A stretch of DNA of 64,000 nt from an uncultured delta proteobacterium (GCA_963721485.1 CAVRJV010000006.1:66847-130846); one strand, 5' to 3'. Shown: positions 9,788 through 19,854, numbered from the stretch's first letter. The notes: generated by a model not told the origin, from the letters alone. Program-made: numbers and translations.

Positions 9788-9874
9788 ATGGCGAACAGAC
9801 CAAGCCCGAATTCCCGCTGCCCGTGCGGTTCCGGCAAGCTTTAGCGGGACTGCTGCGGAAAGAGCAGCAAGTAA
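9788..9874 (+). pseudogene. Mini-ORF encoding a SEC-C metal-binding motif, interrupted by an in-frame TAG
   Basis: GGAGG lies 8 nt upstream. Hand translation: MANRPSPNSRCPCGSGKL*RDCCGKSSK*. The TAG at 9842-9844 sits where the SEC-C motif CPCGSGKK(Y/F)KxCCG has an aromatic residue. Confidence 0.35.
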
Positions 9875-9995
9875 CACCTTCCCCCTCCGGCAGGGTCGGA
9901 AGCCGCCGCGTCCTCCCCCCGCTGGCGGCTTTTCAGGTCCTGCCGGACCTTTTTTCAAGTCTTGCTCTAATAGTTGATCGGCCAGGAGCGCATGT

Positions 9996-10196
9996 ATGCC
10001 CACCAAAAAGTCGAGCGGCAGAAAGTATTCGAAAAAAGCCGGCAAAATGGTTGAACGCGAAATCCACGAAATGAAGCGCGGTACGCTCAAATCCGGCCGC
10101 TCCGGCAAGAAGGTCAAGAGCCGCAAGCAGGCGATCGCGATTGGCCTCTCCGAAGCCAGGCGCGCTGGCGCAAAAGTTCCGCCCGCGGACCCTTAG
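9996..10196 (+). CDS. DUF6496 family small basic protein
   Basis: 66 aa. HEMKRGTLKSGRSGKKVKSRKQAIAIGLSEARRAGAKVP matches my recollection of the DUF6496 pattern. AGGAGC lies upstream. Confidence 0.7.
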   Translation: MPTKKSSGRKYSKKAGKMVEREIHEMKRGTLKSGRSGKKVKSRKQAIAIGLSEARRAGAKVPPADP

Positions 10197-10407
10197 TCCT
10201 GGCAGCTCGCCTCGATCATTCCGCGACGCATCGGTATCGAGTTCGCGGCCCGTCCGAAACGGCGCGCATCGCGGTTTCGAGAACTCAGTAAGAAATCCCC
10301 TGTGAAAAGTGATTGTCCCCTGATTCGGCGAGGCCCGACCACTGCTCTGCCGATTGGCGCGCTTCCTGCTCGTTGAGTTCTTCATTCCACACAAGGAGTA
10401 ATCGAAG

Positions 10408-10488
10408 ATGCGTTATGCGATAGCCTGGCTTCTTGGAGTCCCTGCCTCAATTATCGTGATTTGGTTTGTGCTTGGACATTTGCTGTAG
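10408..10488 (+). CDS. 26-aa hydrophobic mini-protein (hypothetical)
   Basis: Not in the track. AAGGAG at 10393-10398 precedes the ATG at 10408. Translation: MRYAIAWLLGVPASIIVIWFVLGHLL. It lies directly upstream of the DUF3309 sORF. Confidence 0.35.
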   Translation: MRYAIAWLLGVPASIIVIWFVLGHLL

Positions 10489-10542
10489 ACAATCGAACCA
10501 TAATCGAAGGCACACCTTTCCAAAATAGACGAGGATAGTTAC

Positions 10543-10695
10543 ATGAACCTCATACTTCTCATCGTACTAGTTTTTCTCTTACTTGGCGCACTTCCCGCGT
10601 GGCCCTACAGTGCGGACTGGGGTTACTATCCCAGCGGCGCGTTGGGAACCGTCTTAATCATAGTCCTGGCCCTCGCACTGCTCGGACGAGTTTGA
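10543..10695 (+). CDS. DUF3309 family small membrane protein, 50 aa
   Basis: Not in the track. Translation: MNLILLIVLVFLLLGALPAWPYSADWGYYPSGALGTVLIIVLALALLGRV. This is the characteristic LGALPxWPYS...WGY...G pattern. Confidence 0.7.
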   Translation: MNLILLIVLVFLLLGALPAWPYSADWGYYPSGALGTVLIIVLALALLGRV

Positions 10696-10711
10696 TCGGA
10701 AATCGAGGCCT

Positions 10712-12824
10712 GTGAGGAAAAGGACTCTACTGTTATCTGCTCACCGCTCCGCCGATGAAGGACTTTCTCGACTATCCGGCAACCTGAAAATTCTTCACAC
10801 CGAGCCGTCGTCCGAGTGGAGCCGTCGCGGCCCCTTGCTACCAGCAGCGGCGCGGACTAGAAGCTTTTGTTCGGTCCGCGCGGTTGCCGATGTGCCAGCA
10901 AACCGACTCAGGAAAAGCCTGACCGCTACGATCCTGATGCCCAGCATCCTGGTTGGGATGGCGACCGCCGCTCTGCTCTGGGAATCCCACCGTCAGATGT
11001 CCGAAACGGGCTGGGTCGAACATGCCGATCGCGTTGAGCTTCTGGCCGAAACCGCGAAGGCCGAATTCCTGTCGGCACAGAACGCGCTCCGAGGCTACGT
11101 CACTTCTTCGAATCCTGCCGACCGCGGTCCTGCGCAAGAGCATTGGAACGCGAGCCAGCAAGTCATCAAGCAACTTATCGCTCTGGTCGCCGACAATCCC
11201 AGCCAAGAAGTTCGGCTATCGAATCTGAACGACCTGGAAGGTCAATGGCTCGAAGCCGCCAATGCTGCGGACTCGGCCTCGGCAGATGCCGACAAGCGCG
11301 AGCTTGCCAAACGGGCCGCGGCGGTCGGAAGCAAGGTGCTGGCTCAGTTCGATACTGTTTCCCGGGCTGAGGAGGAGTTGCGGATTGCGAGGGACTCGCG
11401 GCGGGATCTGCAATATCGCGTCGCGATTTGGGCCATCCCTATCGCAGCGTTGATCCTCATCATTGGACTGACGTCGACCGCATGGAGAGAAATTCGACGG
11501 GCGAGCAATACATTTGCGGCGGCGCTGAAGGAGGCAGAGGAAGCAAATCAGACGAAGACCACTTTTCTTGCGGTGGTCTCCCATGAGCTGCGCAACCCTC
11601 TCAACTCGATCCTGCTGTGGTGCAACGCGCTGCTCTCTGCCGGCACGCTCGAGGGCAAAGCCGCGCAGGGCATTAGCGCAATCTTACGGGCCGCCAAGTC
11701 CCAGGCGCAGCTGATCGAGGATATTTTGGACATCTGGAGGATCGAGAGTGGCCAGATGCGCTTTGACGTTCAGCTGATTAGTCCCGCCGAGGTCGTGCAG
11801 GCGGCGGTTGACAGCATGACTCCCGCGGCTGAAGCGAAATCGATCGCAGTGCAAACGGTGATCGATCCACGTGCGAGCTTGATCGTCGGCGATTCGCATC
11901 GCCTTCAGCAAGCGGTGTGGAATCTGCTCTCGAACGCGATCAAGTTCACGCCCAAGGATGGCAAGGTGCAGGTGCGCCTGGAGCGGATCAACTCGCACCT
12001 CGAAATTGTGGTTGCCGATAACGGCGCGGGGATCGACCAGCGCGCAATCGAAAACGTCTTCGACCGCTTCTGGCAGGGCTCAAGGGAGAGCGGCGATCGC
12101 GGATTGGGCCTCGGCCTCTCGATCGTCAAGCATATCGTGAATCTTCACGGCGGCACCGTCACTGCCCATAGCGACGGCCCGGGAAAGGGAAGTGTTTTTG
12201 TGATCCGACTTCCGGTGCCGGTCACTACGGCCGGCTTGGAGAGCGCCCCGCGGCGCCATCCTACTGTCGCGCCGGTCGCGCAAAACGCCCGCCTTCAGCG
12301 ACTCGACGGGATATCAGTGCTCGCGGTCGACGACGATGTGGCGACGCTTCAAGGACTGAGATCCTTGCTCACATCGCTTGGAGCAACCTGTCAGGAGACT
12401 GAAACAGTTGAGGACGCAATCACCGCCCTGGCCGAAAGACCTCCTCGACGTCCTTATCTCCGACCTCGGGATGCCAGGCCGCGACGGCTATTCACTGATC
12501 AGAGGAGATCCGGGAAAGGGAAAAAGAAACGCGGCTTCGGCCCATCTGCCGGCTATCGCTCTGACAGCCTATGGCCGCGTCGAAGATAGGGTGGAAATTT
12601 TAGCGGCCGGCTTCGATGGACATGTTGTGAAGCCGGTCGATCCGGCCGAGCTCGCGGCCGTCATCAAGCGGCTGGTGGAAGCCGGACGCCCGGGTACTTA
12701 CAAACCCGACGATCGTCATGAGCACTACTGCGGCGGCTCGGGCTTTCTTCCCGCTGGATCAATCCGACATGACGTGCGAGCAATTGCCAGTTTCCGTTCG
12801 CGTTTCGTCCATACATTCATATAG
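10712..12824 (+). pseudogene. CHASE3-domain hybrid sensor histidine kinase (HisKA-HATPase_c-REC), one frameshift in the receiver as assembled
   Basis: Track ORFs 10712..12589 and 12378..12824. Contains a TM helix, then a CHASE3-like region (WVEHADRVELLAETAKAEFLSAQNALRGYV), the H-box FLAVVSHELRNPLN, the N/G boxes NAIKFTP...DNGAGI...GLGLGLSIV, and a receiver VLAVDDD... that continues in another frame as DVLISDLGMPGRDGYSL...KPV. The shift maps to the A-run at 12435-12437. The start codon and true stop are uncertain. Confidence 0.8.
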
Positions 12825-13147
12825 CTGACGAACAGTCTTGAACATCGCGGTGATCCCGCGACTAGTTGCGAAATCTCATTGCCGGTGCTGACAACCAGAT
12901 CGCCGAAGGTTGCGATTCGAACGGGGCGGCGTTCGTAGGTCTGCAGTTTGAGCCGTCCGTTCTTGATCATTTCGAGCAGGATTTGTTTTCCCGCGATCAG
13001 GTTCGCTGTGCTGTTGACGATCAGAGTCGTCAGCCCACAGCGCCTGCAAGCGTTGAAACGTCGGCGGCGAGCATCGCTTGCGCTTCCTGCTGCTCGAGCG
13101 CTTCGATTTCTCTTTGCTGCCCGGCGTTGCGTCGGTCGGCGCTTCAT
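12725..13147 (-). pseudogene. DUF4440/SnoaL-like (NTF2 fold) protein, N-terminal half frameshifted as assembled
   Basis: Track ORF 12725..13147. The C-terminal part LIVNSTANLIAGKQILLEMIKNGRLKLQTYERRPVRIATFGDLVVSTGNE...YMNVWTKRERKLAIA fits DUF4440. Upstream, EIEALEQQEAQAMLAADVSTL and WADD are readable only in the two other frames. Confidence 0.45.
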
Positions 13148-13541
13148 GGCGTCGGCTCCCGCCTGCAGTAGTGACTCACAGTTGTCAGCAGACGATTCAC
13201 GTCCACTGGTTTAATGATGATTTCGTTGGCGTCAACATCGGCCCGATCGCTCAACGCGGTGACGACGATCACCGGTACATTCTCGCCAGCCGCGGATCTT
13301 TGACTTGTTCGCTGCGAAATTGCCAGCCGTCCATCACCGGCATCCACAAATCGAGAATGATCAAGTCGGGAACCGGTGCCCGGTGCAAGTAATCAAGCGC
13401 TTCCTTGCCGTTGCCCGCCGGGACCGCGCGATAACCCTTCATCTGCAGAAGAGCGACCATCGCTTCGCGCGCGTCTTCGTCGTCCTCGACGACCAGGATG
13501 CGCGCGATCTTCCTTCTTTCTCGTCCTCCGCACCTTTTCAA
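13144..13541 (-). pseudogene. Single-domain response regulator (CheY-like receiver), one frameshift as assembled
   Basis: Track ORFs 13269..13541 (ARILVVEDDEDAREAMVALLQMKGY...DLIILDLWMPVMDGWQF) and 13144..13347 (VPVIVVTALSDRADVDANEIIIKPVD) join to give a complete REC domain. Confidence 0.75.
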
Positions 13542-13876
13542 TTATATCGCAGGCATATCTCCCCTGAAATCTGATTTCCGCCGGTAAGACAACATACGAG
13601 CACCGCGCCGTCCGTTCCTTCAATAACATTTCTCGCAAGCGATGCGCTTTCCGGCTCACAAGTAAATCTTACCTGTTTACCAATGCGCCGTTCGGTCGCG
13701 CGCAAAAAAGCCATCCATTGCGAGCTATGTCTTCTGGCTCGGATTTTGCTGTTTCTTTCCCGCGAAGCTTCGATCCACGGTCGCTCAGGTATGTTTGAGA
13801 CATGTCAAATGGTTGACCGTGACTCTTGCTCCGGTAGCTTTCACAGCGCCCTGCTGATCGCACAATTGGCGTATGG

Positions 13877-16094
13877 ATGCCGATGAATTCCGAACATCTT
13901 CAGCCTGGACTCGATGAGGGTTCATTTCTGACGCCAACCGCATGGGGCGATGCCCGCCCGCATTCACACCTGGTCCAGTTTTACGAGGATGACGGCTTCC
14001 TCATCGATTCGCTGGCCCGTTGGTTCAGCGACGGCTTGAACGCGGGCGACGCATGCGTCTTCATCGGCACCGAAGCTCATCGCATCGGCCTCGAAAAACG
14101 TCTCGAAAGTCAGCGGCTTCGATCTCGACGCGATAGCGCGCCGAGGGACGTTACGTATGCCACGATGCGGCCCGGACGCTCGCCGATTTCATGGTCGATG
14201 GATGGCCGGACGAGGCACTGTTCGTTCGCACAGTTCGAAAACGTTCTCGCCCCGATGTCGAAGCGTGGCAACATCCGGGCATTCGGCGAGATGGTCGCGC
14301 ATGCTTGTGGCGGCAAGGAAACCGGAACGCGGCAATCCGGCTCGAAGAAATCTGGAACGCGTTTATGACAGACGCACGCACTCTCATTGTGCTGCGCGTA
14401 TCCGCTCAAGAGCTTCGGCTCCGAAGCCGACGCGGCGCTGTTCCTGAAAGTCTGCGCACAGCATACCCCCGTCCTGCCGGCCGAGAGTTACAGCGCGTTG
14501 CCCACCCCGACCGAACGCCTTCGCGCCGATGAGCGTGCTCCAACATAAGGCCACGGCACTTGAAATCGAGAAGGCTGGCCGCAAGCAGGCGGAGGAGGCG
14601 CTCCAGCTTCGTCAAAGGGAGCTTGCGGATTTCTTCGAGAACGCGGTCGAAGGTCTGCATCAGGTCGGTCCTGGGGCGAAAATATTGTGGGCCAACCCGG
14701 CGCAACTCGGACTGCTCGGATATACTGCCGAGGAATACGTCGGCCATCGGCTAAGCCGAATTTTACGTTGATCAAACCCGCTTCGACGAGTTCTGGGATC
14801 GGCTCATGCGCCGCGAGATCATCTACGACTTCCCGGCGGCGCTGCGATGCAAGAACGGATCGATCAAGCACGTTCTCATCCACTCGAATGGGCTGTGGGA
14901 GGACGGCAAGTTCCTCTACACGCGATGCTTCATTCGCGACGTGACGGAACGCGTCGAGCTGGAGAGGGAGCTTAAAGCCAGGCTCGCCGAGCTTGCGCAA
15001 GCCGATCAACGCAAGAACGAATTCCTCGCGATGCTCGGTCACGAGCTGCGCAATCCCCTGTCGGCCGTGCTGGACTCGATCGTGACCGCGCAACTCGATC
15101 GAACGCGCCGCGAGCGCGCCCTTACCATCGCGCGTCGCCAGACCGAACAGCTTGCTGGACTGGTGGACGATCTGCTCGACGTCGGACGAATCACGCAAGG
15201 CAGGATCGAGCTGAAGAAGGAGCCGCTGCTTGTCGGATGTACATGCAAGCAGGTGGTCGAAGAAGCGCACAGCCTGGTCGATCCCGGCCAGCATCAGTTG
15301 TCAGTGATCGTGTCGCCGCAAGCGGAGAGCGTCTCAGATCGAAGCGGACCCCGCGCGGCTGCGCCAGGTGATCGCCAATCTCCTACATAACGCCGCCAAG
15401 TTCACCCCTCCAGGCGGCCGTATCGAGGTGATGGCTGATCGCAACGACAACGAGGTGGTCTTCCGCGTGCGCGACTCGGGCATGGGAATCACGGCGGAAT
15501 TGCTGCCGCACATTTTCGATCTCTTTACCCAAGCCGAACGTTCGCTCGATCGTTCGCGCGGCGGGCTGGGAATCGGGCTGACCCTTGTCAAGCAGCTGGT
15601 CGAGATGCATGGTGGTCACGTTCAGGCAAAAAGCGCAGGCCTCGGAATGGGCAGCGAGTTCGAAGTTCATTTCCCATCGCGGCGAACGCTCCCCGGAAGT
15701 AATTGGGACCGTGCGCAACCCCCAAACGGTTAAGCGCCTGCGCGTGCTGGTGGTCGAGGACAACCCCGACGCGGCTGAAGCGCTGGCGATGCTACTCGAA
15801 CTCTACGGACACAATGCAATCGTGTATTCAGACGGACCGAAAGCGATCGAGGCTGTTCGCAAAACCGTGTTCGACCTGGCACTCGTGGATATCGGGCTGC
15901 CGGGTATGGATGGTTATGAAGTTGCGCGACAAATCCGGATGCTGCCGAACGCGAAACCTACGCTGCTGGCAGCGCTTACAGGCTATGGGCAGGATTCTGA
16001 CAAGCAGCACGCTCTCGCGGCCGGCTTCGACGAGCATCTAACCAAGCCGGTAAAGATCGAACGTCTGCAGGCCCTTTTGAAGCGGGCTCGATAA
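13877..16094 (+). pseudogene. MEDS-PAS-HisKA-HATPase_c-REC hybrid sensor kinase, at least 5 frameshifts or interruptions as assembled
   Basis: Fragments are 13877..14368 (MEDS-like HLVQFYEDDGFLIDSLARWFSDGLNAGDACVFI), 14191..14532, 14529..14771 (PAS: FENAVEGLHQVGPGAKILWANPAQLGLLGYTAEEYVGH), 14806..15390 (H-box FLAMLGHELRNPLS), 15368..15733 (NAAKFTP...DSGMGI...GGLGIGLTLV) and 15585..16094 (REC: RVLVVEDNPDAAE...DIGLPGMDGYEV...KPV). Confidence 0.8.
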
Positions 16095-16294
16095 CTGCCC
16101 GCTCAGCCGGGAATGCGCCCGGCGCCTCCCCACTCTTTTGAAATTACTACATGTTCGGAATCGTGAAGAAATTCCTCTGACGATTGGCGAAAACACTCGC
16201 AGTTCAGGGGCTTATGTTCGTGGCCTTATACTTGCTGAATTAGCTTGGAGTCACCGCAAAGGTTCGGTGAAAACCTAATCAGGAGTTCTTCGAA

Positions 16295-16492
16295 ATGAAT
16301 AAAGATCAGATGAAAGGCAAGTTCAAACAGTTGTCGGGCGAAATCAAGCGAAAGTGGGGACAGATCACTGATGACGATCTGAGGCAGGCACAGGGCAGCA
16401 TGGAAATGCTGGTCGGGAAAATCCAGGAGCGCTCGGGCGATCAGCGCGAAGCGATCGAGAAATGGCTCAGGTCGCAGGGGATGGACGAATAG
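16295..16492 (+). CDS. CsbD family general-stress protein
   Basis: 65 aa. MNKDQMKGKFKQLSGEIKRKWGQITDDDLRQAQGSMEMLVGKIQERSG is the canonical CsbD pattern. Confidence 0.9.
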   Translation: MNKDQMKGKFKQLSGEIKRKWGQITDDDLRQAQGSMEMLVGKIQERSGDQREAIEKWLRSQGMDE

Positions 16493-16552
16493 CGATCCGA
16501 AAGCGTCGAACGCTTTGCGCATTTTTCGGTTAGATAAATCAGAGGCGAATTT

Positions 16553-16972
16553 ATGAATAACAACTACGCATTCAAGTTAGCAGTACCGGCAATTCTATTC
16601 GGGCTGGTTCTGTCGGTTCCGTGTTTCGCTCAGGACGAGCCTGCAAGCCAGGAAATGCACCAAGCTGGTCAAAAAATAGAGCAAGCAAGTTCCAACACCG
16701 CGGACGCCGCCAAGGACGCGTTTCAGGGCACCGAGCGAGCGGTCAAAGACACGACCGTCACCGCCAGGGTCAAGACCGCCTTGGCAAGCGATAAGAACGT
16801 CAAGGCCTCCGCAATACACGTCGACACTGTTGCCGGCGTGGTCACTCTGAACGGCCAGGTTCCTTCACCGGAAATCGCGCAGCATGTCGCGCAACTGGCG
16901 CAGCAGACCAAGGGCGTCAGAGGCGTGAACAACCAGTTGATGGTGGCCAGCGCCGCAAGCGCCACCAAGTGA
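16553..16972 (+). CDS. BON domain-containing periplasmic protein (OsmY-like)
   Basis: 139 aa. Has a signal peptide and the BON pattern VTARVKTALASDKNVKASAIHVDTVAGVVTLNGQVPSPEIAQHVAQLAQQTKGVRGVNNQL. Confidence 0.9.
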   Translation: MNNNYAFKLAVPAILFGLVLSVPCFAQDEPASQEMHQAGQKIEQASSNTADAAKDAFQGTERAVKDTTVTARVKTALASDKNVKASAIHVDTVAGVVTLNGQVPSPEIAQHVAQLAQQTKGVRGVNNQLMVASAASATK

Positions 16973-16990
16973 GATCCCGGTTATGTGGGT

Positions 16991-17040
16991 TGTCGCAGAT
17001 TCGCGTGCTAGTCGCGCGAATCTGGCGACAGCTCCCTTTT
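16991..17040 (+). terminator. Rho-independent terminator-like hairpin after the BON gene
   Basis: TGTCGCAGATTCGCG-tgctagt-CGCGAATCTGGCGACA (one bulge), followed by gctcccTTTT. It starts 19 nt after the stop codon. Confidence 0.5.
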
Positions 17041-17187
17041 GTCCCAACTGCGGAGCGCGATCGTTCCCGTGTTTTGAAAGAGCGGTGATACGAGTTGTCC
17101 CGAGCCGCCCCCAACTCGCGAGTATACGTAGTACATCAGCCCCATCTACCCGATCGCGCCCAGTGACCGTCGAACCATTCGTCCGGG

Positions 17188-17220
17188 TGGCGGAGAGGGG
17201 GGATTCGAACCCCCGAGACC
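17188..17220 (-). repeat. 33-nt partial copy of the tRNA-Ser 3' end (CCA, acceptor and T-arm); distal att-like repeat of the islet
   Basis: tggcggagaggggggattcgaacccccgagacc is identical to 19647..19680 except for one G fewer in the G-run. Similarity stops exactly at ...gagacc on both copies. Confidence 0.75.
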
Positions 17221-17264
17221 GGTCTGATCTGAAAGCCGCGGCAATCTTACCGCCAGGAGTAAGT

Positions 17265-18833
17265 CTATGCCGCGTTCCTGTCTCGCACCCTGTCCATGAG
17301 CAGGCGAGTGACAATGCGCCTGACCTCCGTTTCTGACTTGTCTCCTAGCTGGCGGACGATGCGCAGGGGAAAGACTTTTTTGAGCAATGCCGGTTCGGAC
17401 CTGAGAGCGGCGGCGAGTTCATGGGTGACGAGCAGGTTAAGAGCCATACGGTTGATCGGACGCGCTTCCATTGCCGCCTTGATCACTGCGTGGTCGCGAT
17501 TGACGGAGGCAGTGACTGCTTCACGGATGAAATCCACGCGGCACAACGCCCCTTCCATCTCAGCATCGGATAGTGGCCGAATCTCCAACCGGGTGATGGC
17601 GGGGGCCTTGTCTTTGGGTCCATTCTCGCCTGGCTCGGGTGGTTTTTCCTCTTCAGGTCCAGCCCCGAGGCCTTGGGCCTCGGACAACTCGTGTTCCTCG
17701 CGCTGCTCAAGCATTCGTTCTTCCTCGAGGGCGGTATCGATATGAATGTGCGCGCGGGAGCCTGAGTTGAGCGCCGCCTCGAGTTGCAGGGCGATGTCTT
17801 GAAAGATGATCGTCTGTTGCGCCCGCTGCACTTGTACGAGCAGTGGCCGGATACGTCTGAACACCTCATCCATAAGCGCATCCCAAGCGGGCCGATCGCT
17901 GATTGCGTTCTTGGTAGTGGTGAGGAGCGGCTGCCATCCTTCGCCCAGTTGCAGCCAGCCGGTGACGCCGGCGCCGAGGAATTTCTCGCTGCCATCGCTA
18001 AGTCCGAAGCACTCCCGCGTTAACGCAATCACCCGCGGCCCAAAGCCTATCGCTATTCTGGATCGCTCAACTGGGAGGTCCTCGACCACACCGATCTCGC
18101 CATGCACGTTAAGCGCCCGATCGCCTGTTTCCACGACTGCATCGAAAGCGATCTTCCTGTCGGGGTCCTCCGGCAGGCTGATTGGTTCGGTAAGACGGCG
18201 TTTCTCTACCAGCTCGCCGCCCTTGATGGAGTGCCAATGGAGTTCCTTACCAAGACGTATAGCCGGGGCGTAAGTCTGTGAAAGGGAGCGCATAACGCCG
18301 GGCACCGTGCTGGGAGAGAAGCTCCTTTCTCGAGACAGATGCAGCGTGATCGAAGTTCCGTGTCGAGTCTCGAGAAGGTTTGCCGGTGTGTTGTGCGCTG
18401 TCGCCTTCAGCCAGCGATTACTCACAACCGGAAACACGTTGTCCTTCATGCAGCGCTGCCAGTCTACGGTATCGCTGCTGACCAACTCGTCGCGCATCGT
18501 CACAACTTCCACCTTGTCGGCCAGCCACAAAAGAGCGAAAGTACCGCCGCATCCATAGATGCCGATATCGCCCGCCACCTGCCCGATGGTGTTGCCCAAC
18601 TGAAACAATCGCCCTACCGCCTCCATGCCCTGGCCATCGTCGCGTACGACGAGGGTGCGATGGGTAATGTCGTAAGTGATCTGTACAAAGTTGGCGTTCC
18701 CTCTCCCTGGGCCGAAGCTGTTGTCGACCAACTCGGATAACGCCCCCGCTGCAGTCCAGTCCTGATTACGCATGCCGAGAAGGAACGCGGGCTTCGGCGT
18801 GCAGTCGAACTCGGACCTAGTTGGATTGGTCAT
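17265..18833 (-). CDS. GHKL-superfamily (HATPase_c_3 / MORC-MutL-like) ATPase, 522 aa
   Basis: Bergerat-fold motifs are in order: SELVDNSFG (ExxxN), VRDDGQGM (DxGxG) and GIYGCGG (G-rich lid). A middle domain follows, then an acidic low-complexity linker (EEERMLEQREEHELSEAQGLGAGPEEEKPPEPGENGPKD) and a C-terminal domain of about 100 aa. AGGGAGA lies upstream of the ATG. The reading frame is intact. Confidence 0.75.
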   Translation of the reverse strand: MTNPTRSEFDCTPKPAFLLGMRNQDWTAAGALSELVDNSFGPGRGNANFVQITYDITHRTLVVRDDGQGMEAVGRLFQLGNTIGQVAGDIGIYGCGGTFALLWLADKVEVVTMRDELVSSDTVDWQRCMKDNVFPVVSNRWLKATAHNTPANLLETRHGTSITLHLSRERSFSPSTVPGVMRSLSQTYAPAIRLGKELHWHSIKGGELVEKRRLTEPISLPEDPDRKIAFDAVVETGDRALNVHGEIGVVEDLPVERSRIAIGFGPRVIALTRECFGLSDGSEKFLGAGVTGWLQLGEGWQPLLTTTKNAISDRPAWDALMDEVFRRIRPLLVQVQRAQQTIIFQDIALQLEAALNSGSRAHIHIDTALEEERMLEQREEHELSEAQGLGAGPEEEKPPEPGENGPKDKAPAITRLEIRPLSDAEMEGALCRVDFIREAVTASVNRDHAVIKAAMEARPINRMALNLLVTHELAAALRSEPALLKKVFPLRIVRQLGDKSETEVRRIVTRLLMDRVRDRNAA

Positions 18834-19008
18834 TTTGGGTCTCCCTGGGTGCGGATTACCTGAGCGACTAGGAAATCATCGGCCCTAATCCCGTTCTCAC
18901 TTCACGAATGATTTCGTTGCAATTGAAATCGCTGAAAGTCCGGCTCGATTGCGGTCTGACGGCGCTCCCTCCGAAACAGACTTGCCGACTCCATCTTCTC
19001 AACCGGAT

Positions 19009-19398
19009 CTAAATCTGTGCCTTTCGTTTCTTGATAAGTCGCGTAGTGGGTTTAGCAATGTCGAACCGACGCTTCCGAGCGTGGCAGTTCCTGCTGTGCG
19101 TATGGGAACCACAGCCGAGTCGATTCCAAGATGACAATTGCGCTTGACCCAGAGTTGTCAGCGCGAGGTGCCGTTTTTCGCAGGGTTTGAAGCCCAGCAC
19201 CGGCCCCGGGCAGTCGACCCATTCGATGAGCCCCCGCTTCAGCATGCGGCCCATCACGGCGCGAGCTTGCTGGTCCCAGCGCGTCTGCCCCTTGGGAGTG
19301 TTCTCGCGGAGATTGAAATAGAGCTGGAGCTCATCGGGCCAGACTCCGAAGAAATCGCGGGCGCCTGCAAGAAATACGAGGAAGTCATGGTTGGTCAT
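19009..19398 (-). CDS. Small winged-helix (Mrr_N-like) protein with a basic C-terminal tail, 129 aa
   Basis: GQTRWDQQARAVMGRMLKRGLIEWV...HLALTTLGQAQL resembles the Mrr N-terminal wHTH pattern (conserved W/R helix, then 'GLIE', then a wing). The tail is HARKRRFDIAKPTTRLIKKRKAQI. There is no obvious SD, and an AT-rich block sits directly upstream. The call rests on pattern only. Confidence 0.5.
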   Translation of the reverse strand: MTNHDFLVFLAGARDFFGVWPDELQLYFNLRENTPKGQTRWDQQARAVMGRMLKRGLIEWVDCPGPVLGFKPCEKRHLALTTLGQAQLSSWNRLGCGSHTHSRNCHARKRRFDIAKPTTRLIKKRKAQI

Positions 19399-19573
19399 TT
19401 CGCAATCTATATATGTATATGTATACCAACGTCAAGAGCGTACTGTTCCCGCAGAGTCGGAACGAGAGATTGCAATTCCGAAAGAGGAAAGGGCACCGGC
19501 TCGATCCGCAGCAGAGAGAATCGGGCATAAAACCAGCAGCCGATTCCAAATACTCAGCTTCTCCGGTGCCCTC

Positions 19574-19603
19574 AGATTAAGAAAGAGCGCGAGTATGCGC
19601 TCT
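19574..19603 (-). terminator. Terminator-like hairpin downstream of tRNA-Ser
   Basis: The minus strand reads AGAGCGC-auacuc-GCGCUCU followed by UUCUUAAUCU, about 44 nt after the tRNA 3' end. It lies inside the islet side of the att repeat. Confidence 0.4.
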
Positions 19604-19644
19604 ATTTCCCAGGTTTCTGGCGGGGACGCAAAAATCGCCGACTG

Positions 19645-19738
<94 letters not shown>

Positions 19739-19854
19739 GCGCGCGAGACGCGATTATGCCCCACGCCCGCCTGCGGGGCCACACTCGCACTTGATCGCGC
19801 CGCATCGGCCAGACTAAACAGTCATCAGGAGCCAGTCGCACAGACGGCTCACTA

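Noticed and set aside
9592-10126. Track ORFs of 153-160 aa on both strands across the 9.43-9.99 kb spacer
   Set aside because: They overlap each other, the SEC-C mini-ORF and the DUF6496 gene. They have no motifs or ribosome-binding sites and are rich in R/P/A/G. They are more likely non-coding divergent promoter region plus the small genes listed.
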